Part shown: positions 37,325 through 37,489 of the stretch, in pieces | Layout: every line of letters starts with the position of its first letter | Numbering within the stretch: the first letter of the stretch is position 1 | DNA from: Candidatus Melainabacteria bacterium | GTDB taxonomy: Bacteria; Cyanobacteriota; Vampirovibrionia; Obscuribacterales; JAKAZS01 | DNA: 37,489 bases | NCBI GenBank assembly: GCA_027371815.1 | Contig: DAHXLC010000083.1 | Location: 1 to 37,489, forward strand | Direction of reading: 5' to 3' | The notes under the pieces: generated by a model | Seen by the model: only the letters and a program-made list of their open reading frames with translations | What the model was told of the DNA's origin: nothing | The model's database searches: none | Made by a program: the position numbers and the translations under genes

Positions 37325-37489
37325 TTAAGTCTAATTATTATTTAAGGAGGAAAGTATGAGTTTAGTACAAAAAATAAAAAATTTCTGGTTTGGTCCAGCG
37401 GAAAGTTATGAAAGTCAGGATTTTGAAGATTTATTTGAATCAACGGATGAAGTATATGCTACCAATAATCCAGCTATATACGAAAAGCC
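37263..37489. repeat. Perfect inverted repeat of >=64 bp (37263-37326 vs 37426-37489) running to the window end
   Basis: AAGATTTATTTGAATCAACGGATGAAGTATATGCTACCAATAATCCAGCTATATACGAAAAGCC at 37426-37489 is the exact reverse complement of 37263-37326. Confidence 0.95.
37356..37489 (+). CDS. sepF: SepF 5' portion on the opposite strand, truncated by the window end
   Basis: SD AAGGAGG (37344-37350), then ATG 37356 MSLVQKIKNFWFGPAESYESQDFEDLFESTDEVYATNNPAIYEK. The last 20 residues are identical to the upstream extension of the minus-strand SepF frame. Confidence 0.8.
   Translation, partial: MSLVQKIKNFWFGPAESYESQDFEDLFESTDEVYATNNPAIYEK

Noticed and set aside
1-37489. CRISPR array, prophage, IS or defence island
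   Set aside because: No regularly spaced direct repeats, and no cas, transposase, phage structural or recognisable defence genes were found by eye.

Overview
AT-rich (roughly 30% GC by eye) bacterial chromosomal window, standard genetic code. It mixes housekeeping genes (icd, alaS, rnhA, obgE, selB, phrB, sepF, tRNA-Phe) with signalling and surface or secreted functions: a DICT-GAF-GGDEF-degenerate HD-GYP protein, three Tad/Flp pseudopilin genes, a calpain-like protease, a secreted alpha/beta hydrolase, a purple-acid-phosphatase-like enzyme, an M23 peptidase and a VirB8/DotI-like protein. A cyanobacterial-style SepF and the gene mix suggest, by inference only, a non-photosynthetic cyanobacterial relative (Melainabacteria/Vampirovibrionia). 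I saw no CRISPR array, IS, integrase or phage genes. The main features that the ORF track does not show are: (1) an in-frame TGA inside the prepilin helix of the first TadE gene, embedded in an 11-bp quasi-palindrome, in a genome encoding SelB; (2) sepF split by a perfect >=64-bp inverted repeat at the window end, with its RBS and 5' codons pointing the opposite way (probably a fold-back chimera, though formally also an invertible-switch geometry); (3) an HD-GYP domain lacking all its metal-binding His residues, fused to an intact GGEEF cyclase; (4) selB head-to-head with dedA with essentially no gap. No novel system is proven; these are leads.
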